From a virus (taxonomy: Duplodnaviria > Caudoviricetes): a stretch of 57,617 nt of DNA. The stretch lies in the IMG/VR virus record IMGVR_UViG_3300021956_000017, positions 1 to 57,617 of that record. One strand, given 5' to 3'. A model generated the notes under the pieces. It saw nothing but the letters and a program-made list of their open reading frames with translations. It had not been told where the DNA came from and did not search any database. Below, piece by piece: positions 55,225 through 57,617 of this stretch. Every line of letters begins with the position of its first letter. The first letter of the stretch is position 1. A program made the position numbers and the translations under genes.

Positions 55225-55315
55225 CGGTAGGTGTGCAACTCTTGTGCATTTGCTTCTCCTTGGTAGGTAACACTATCCTTAAACCCCCGGCCTCAAAAAC
55301 CGGGGATTTTTTTTT
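55225..55315 (+). ncRNA. candidate antisense small RNA with anti-SD/anti-AUG seed
   Basis: Bounded by the promoter at 55190-55218 and the terminator at 55285-55315; no ORF; contains CATTTGCTTCTCCTTGG. Confidence 0.5.
55285..55315 (+). terminator. intrinsic terminator
   Basis: CCCCGG-9 nt-CCGGGG-A-T9. Confidence 0.75.
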
Positions 55316-55516
55316 GAAATTTTTAGGCCTGCCTATTTTTTAAGCAAGGGGGTGGGCTGCTGGATTGGGGTTAAGTTGTCTAAGGTTTTACAAAGTACTG
55401 GGAGCGTGTGGGGAATAGTGTTTGGGGCAATGGGCCATCGTCTGCTCCATAAGGGGTGATACCCCCGTGGTGGGGTCGCCATAGTGTCTACTACCCTGCA
55501 TTATTTACACCCCTCG

Positions 55517-55525
55517 TGGTAAAAT
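55517..55525 (+). promoter_or_regulatory. putative extended -10 early promoter
   Basis: TGgTAAAAT upstream of the first early gene. Confidence 0.4.
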
Positions 55526-55598
55526 AGAGGCATCGGTTGGGGAATGGTTCCCTACTGATTCCGTTGCACAGTGCAACACTTTCCTACTGGAGAAACCT

Positions 55599-56012
55599 AT
55601 GACGACTAAGTTCAACAAGACCGCCCTGTTCGCAGCCCTCAACAAGTTCGCCAACAATCGGGTGCAGTTCATTCAAGAGGTCATCAACGCGGGCTACCCT
55701 ACGTTGGAGCAGGCCCGCCCGCACATCATGGAATGGGTGGCTATGCAGATTAAGGGTGTGGAAGCCGTGACACTCAAGACAGGGCGCGTGGTGTTCAAGG
55801 GCGACAAAACCGCTTGCAATTCCGCACGCAGCTCCCTGCGCGACTTTCTGCTGAATCTGGAAGGCACTACGCGCCGCAAGGCCGCGCCCAAGGCCGCTGC
55901 ACCGAAAGAATCGGCCAAGGCCGCGCCGCTGACCAAGACGCAACGCACCGCACTCGACTTGGCTATCGCCGCTTTCGGTAGCAAGGCCAAACTGCTTGCC
56001 GCGCTGAAGTAA
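55599..56012 (+). CDS. basic early protein
   Basis: TGGAG SD; Lys/Ala-rich linker KAAPKAAAPK. Confidence 0.75.
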   Translation: MTTKFNKTALFAALNKFANNRVQFIQEVINAGYPTLEQARPHIMEWVAMQIKGVEAVTLKTGRVVFKGDKTACNSARSSLRDFLLNLEGTTRRKAAPKAAAPKESAKAAPLTKTQRTALDLAIAAFGSKAKLLAALK

Positions 56013-56107
56013 ATCTGTTGCACAGTGCAACACTTTTCCGTGCATGACCCCGAGGGCGGGGCTTGTGCGGTGTTTCTTTTATTGTCAACTTACCTTTGGA
56101 GAATCCC

Positions 56108-56269
56108 ATGTTCCACATCAGCGTTCGCGTCTGCGGCGGCTCATATCACTACGCAACCGCCGACAACCTATCCTGCGCCCTCACCCTTTTCCACGCCCTG
56201 ACCAAGACCTTCACAATGGTTGAGTTGCGGCAAGGCACAACCCTCGTCAGTTCCTACAACAACGCCTAA
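56108..56269 (+). CDS. small early protein
   Basis: TGGAGAATCCC-ATG. Confidence 0.55.
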   Translation: MFHISVRVCGGSYHYATADNLSCALTLFHALTKTFTMVELRQGTTLVSSYNNA

Positions 56270-56362
56270 GCAGGGCTTTCTGCAAGCGTAGCGTGCTGCG
56301 CTTGCGGGGCAATCCTGCCCAAATCTGTTGCACTGTGCAACGCTTTCCCTATGGAGAATCCT

Positions 56363-56560
56363 ATGAACCACATCGCTAACCGCACCCAATCCATCAACCC
56401 GTTCACCCGCGCCACTCTGACTGTGTACCCTGTCGGGACATGGCGTGACGAGAAGGCCAAGCGTGATGTAACCGAAGCCCTCTACTTCTACCAGTGCGGG
56501 GCAGACCGCTACACAGTGACTGTGTGGCACAAGCCAAAGGCCAAAGTGTCTATACACTGA
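56363..56560 (+). CDS. small early protein
   Basis: TGGAGAATCCT-ATG. Confidence 0.6.
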   Translation: MNHIANRTQSINPFTRATLTVYPVGTWRDEKAKRDVTEALYFYQCGADRYTVTVWHKPKAKVSIH

Positions 56561-56605
56561 CCGAGTGTCTTTAGAAATACTACACAAGTTAGTAGAATTT
56601 CAACC

Positions 56606-56896
56606 TATCCAGCGTATCTATAGCACGGACACACTTTCGGACACGCTAAGTTGTTGATTCGTAACAGATACCGGCGCGGTACTCCACTCTATATATATAA
56701 ATATAATTATTAAGATAAGTAAGTAAGTATCTCTTCATATACCCACAAACTTCGGCGGCTTTGCTTGCCCTTGTTTCCTTTGGCGTATTAGTTCTTCCCA
56801 AAACAGAGACTTTATGGAGTACCGCGCCGTTTATCCTTACAAATCAAGGACTTTTCGTGTCCAGCACCACGACACAGCATATAGATACATTGGATA
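56606..56896. repeat. large imperfect inverted repeat around an AT-rich core (candidate replication origin)
   Basis: Perfect 15-bp IR at 56672-56686/56815-56829, extending imperfectly outward; IHF-consensus boxes in both arms. Confidence 0.7.
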
Positions 56897-56982
56897 CCCC
56901 AACAATGTCTACAAAAATAGGTATGCAGAATGTATAATAGCTTTGAAAGTGTTGCACTGTGCAACGCTATTGGAGACTCAAA

Positions 56983-57617
56983 ATGCCCAAGCTACTGACC
57001 CGAACGCCCATGCAGCGCCGCGTGGAAGAACACGCTGCCATCGTCAAGAACACCATGCGAAAGGTGAAGATAAAGGACAAAGTGTGTAGAAACCTGTGGC
57101 GTGAGCTGGTGTACCCGCTGCGCCGTGAGCGTGCCAAGGTGCAGACCAGCATCGACTACTACGCCCGCAAGCCGGACGCTGACCCCTATCAGCGCGACAC
57201 AAACGCCGCATACCTTGCCCTGCTCATAAAACTGGAGGACAAGTTAGTGGCATGGCAGACGCTGTACGAACACCGCACGCCCAAGCAGATGGCGTTGGAG
57301 AAGGGCGTGGCCAACCACGGCGCACACTGGTCTGACTGGATACCCGCGCACATCCGCGACCACTTCCTGATGGCCTACCAAGCCATCGATGCAAACCGCA
57401 AAGGTGGCCGAGCGCGTACCCCGTTCGAGAGAGAACCCGCACCCAAGATACCGCCCAAAGCTCGACGGGTGTCAAAGACCCCCGCGCCGCACCGACCACC
57501 AACCCCAATCGAAGAGCTGCGCGACCGCATGAAGGCGCTCGATGACGAGCAGCTACGCACAACCGACCCATACCGAAAGGAGGAAATACGCCAGACCATC
57601 ATCGCCATGCGGACAGA
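56983..57617 (+). CDS. hypothetical early protein, runs off the end of the window
   Basis: TATAAT at 56933, TGGAG SD, ATG at 56983; open to the end (MPKLLTRTPMQRRVEEH...NHGAHWSDWIP...). Confidence 0.7.
   Translation, partial: MPKLLTRTPMQRRVEEHAAIVKNTMRKVKIKDKVCRNLWRELVYPLRRERAKVQTSIDYYARKPDADPYQRDTNAAYLALLIKLEDKLVAWQTLYEHRTPKQMALEKGVANHGAHWSDWIPAHIRDHFLMAYQAIDANRKGGRARTPFEREPAPKIPPKARRVSKTPAPHRPPTPIEELRDRMKALDDEQLRTTDPYRKEEIRQTIIAMRT

Larger units (their letters stand above)
55563..56965. repeat. four 15-bp palindromes GTTGCAC(A/T)GTGCAAC (putative operators)
   Basis: Copies at 55563-55577, 56017-56031, 56327-56341 and 56951-56965, all intergenic. Confidence 0.9.

Noticed and set aside
55563-56965. 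Palindromic repeats as a CRISPR array
   Set aside because: Only 15 bp long, spaced 300-620 bp apart with genes between; no cas operon (the Cas4-like nuclease sits in the replication module)
56814-57089. 91-aa ORF
   Set aside because: Runs through the inverted-repeat arm, promoter and operator, and overlaps the better-supported ORF at 56983
1-57617. Terminal repeats, att sites or host flanks
   Set aside because: No end-to-end overlap, integrase or bacterial housekeeping genes seen; both ends fall in the early region, so some sequence is missing

Overview
The window is a near-complete (probably circularly permuted) genome of a tailed dsDNA phage with podovirus-like gene content. It resembles the uncultured freshwater phages that carry a Mu-gpT-family major capsid protein and a GroES gene. 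The + strand carries a modular cluster of small early ORFs (1-4.8 kb and 55.6 kb to the end) and a replication module: VRR-NUC nuclease, family-A DNA polymerase, PD-(D/E)XK exonuclease, SNF2 helicase, SSB, HTH protein and a primase/DUF927 helicase. The - strand carries one long late module: terminases, portal, GroES, scaffold, capsid and cement proteins, a cluster of small basic proteins, adaptors, tail fibres, lysis genes, internal/ejection proteins and a 2756-aa polyvalent protein. Four homing endonucleases interrupt the late module. No integrase, tRNA, rRNA or CRISPR array was seen. The most interesting signals are mostly non-coding. (1) A promoter-to-terminator ~90-nt RNA at 55.2 kb is complementary to the SD+AUG regions of the phage's own helicase and other early/replication genes. 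(2) Four copies of a 15-bp palindromic operator lie in front of the first early genes. (3) An origin-like AT-rich core is bracketed by ~80-bp inverted repeats with IHF-consensus sites. (4) Two pseudoknotted RNA elements are present. (5) A recurrent [MYF]-A-x-G-G motif occurs across internal virion and basic proteins. (6) Homing endonucleases appear to have captured the 3' ends of their host genes. All protein calls come from motif recognition by eye; no database search was run.
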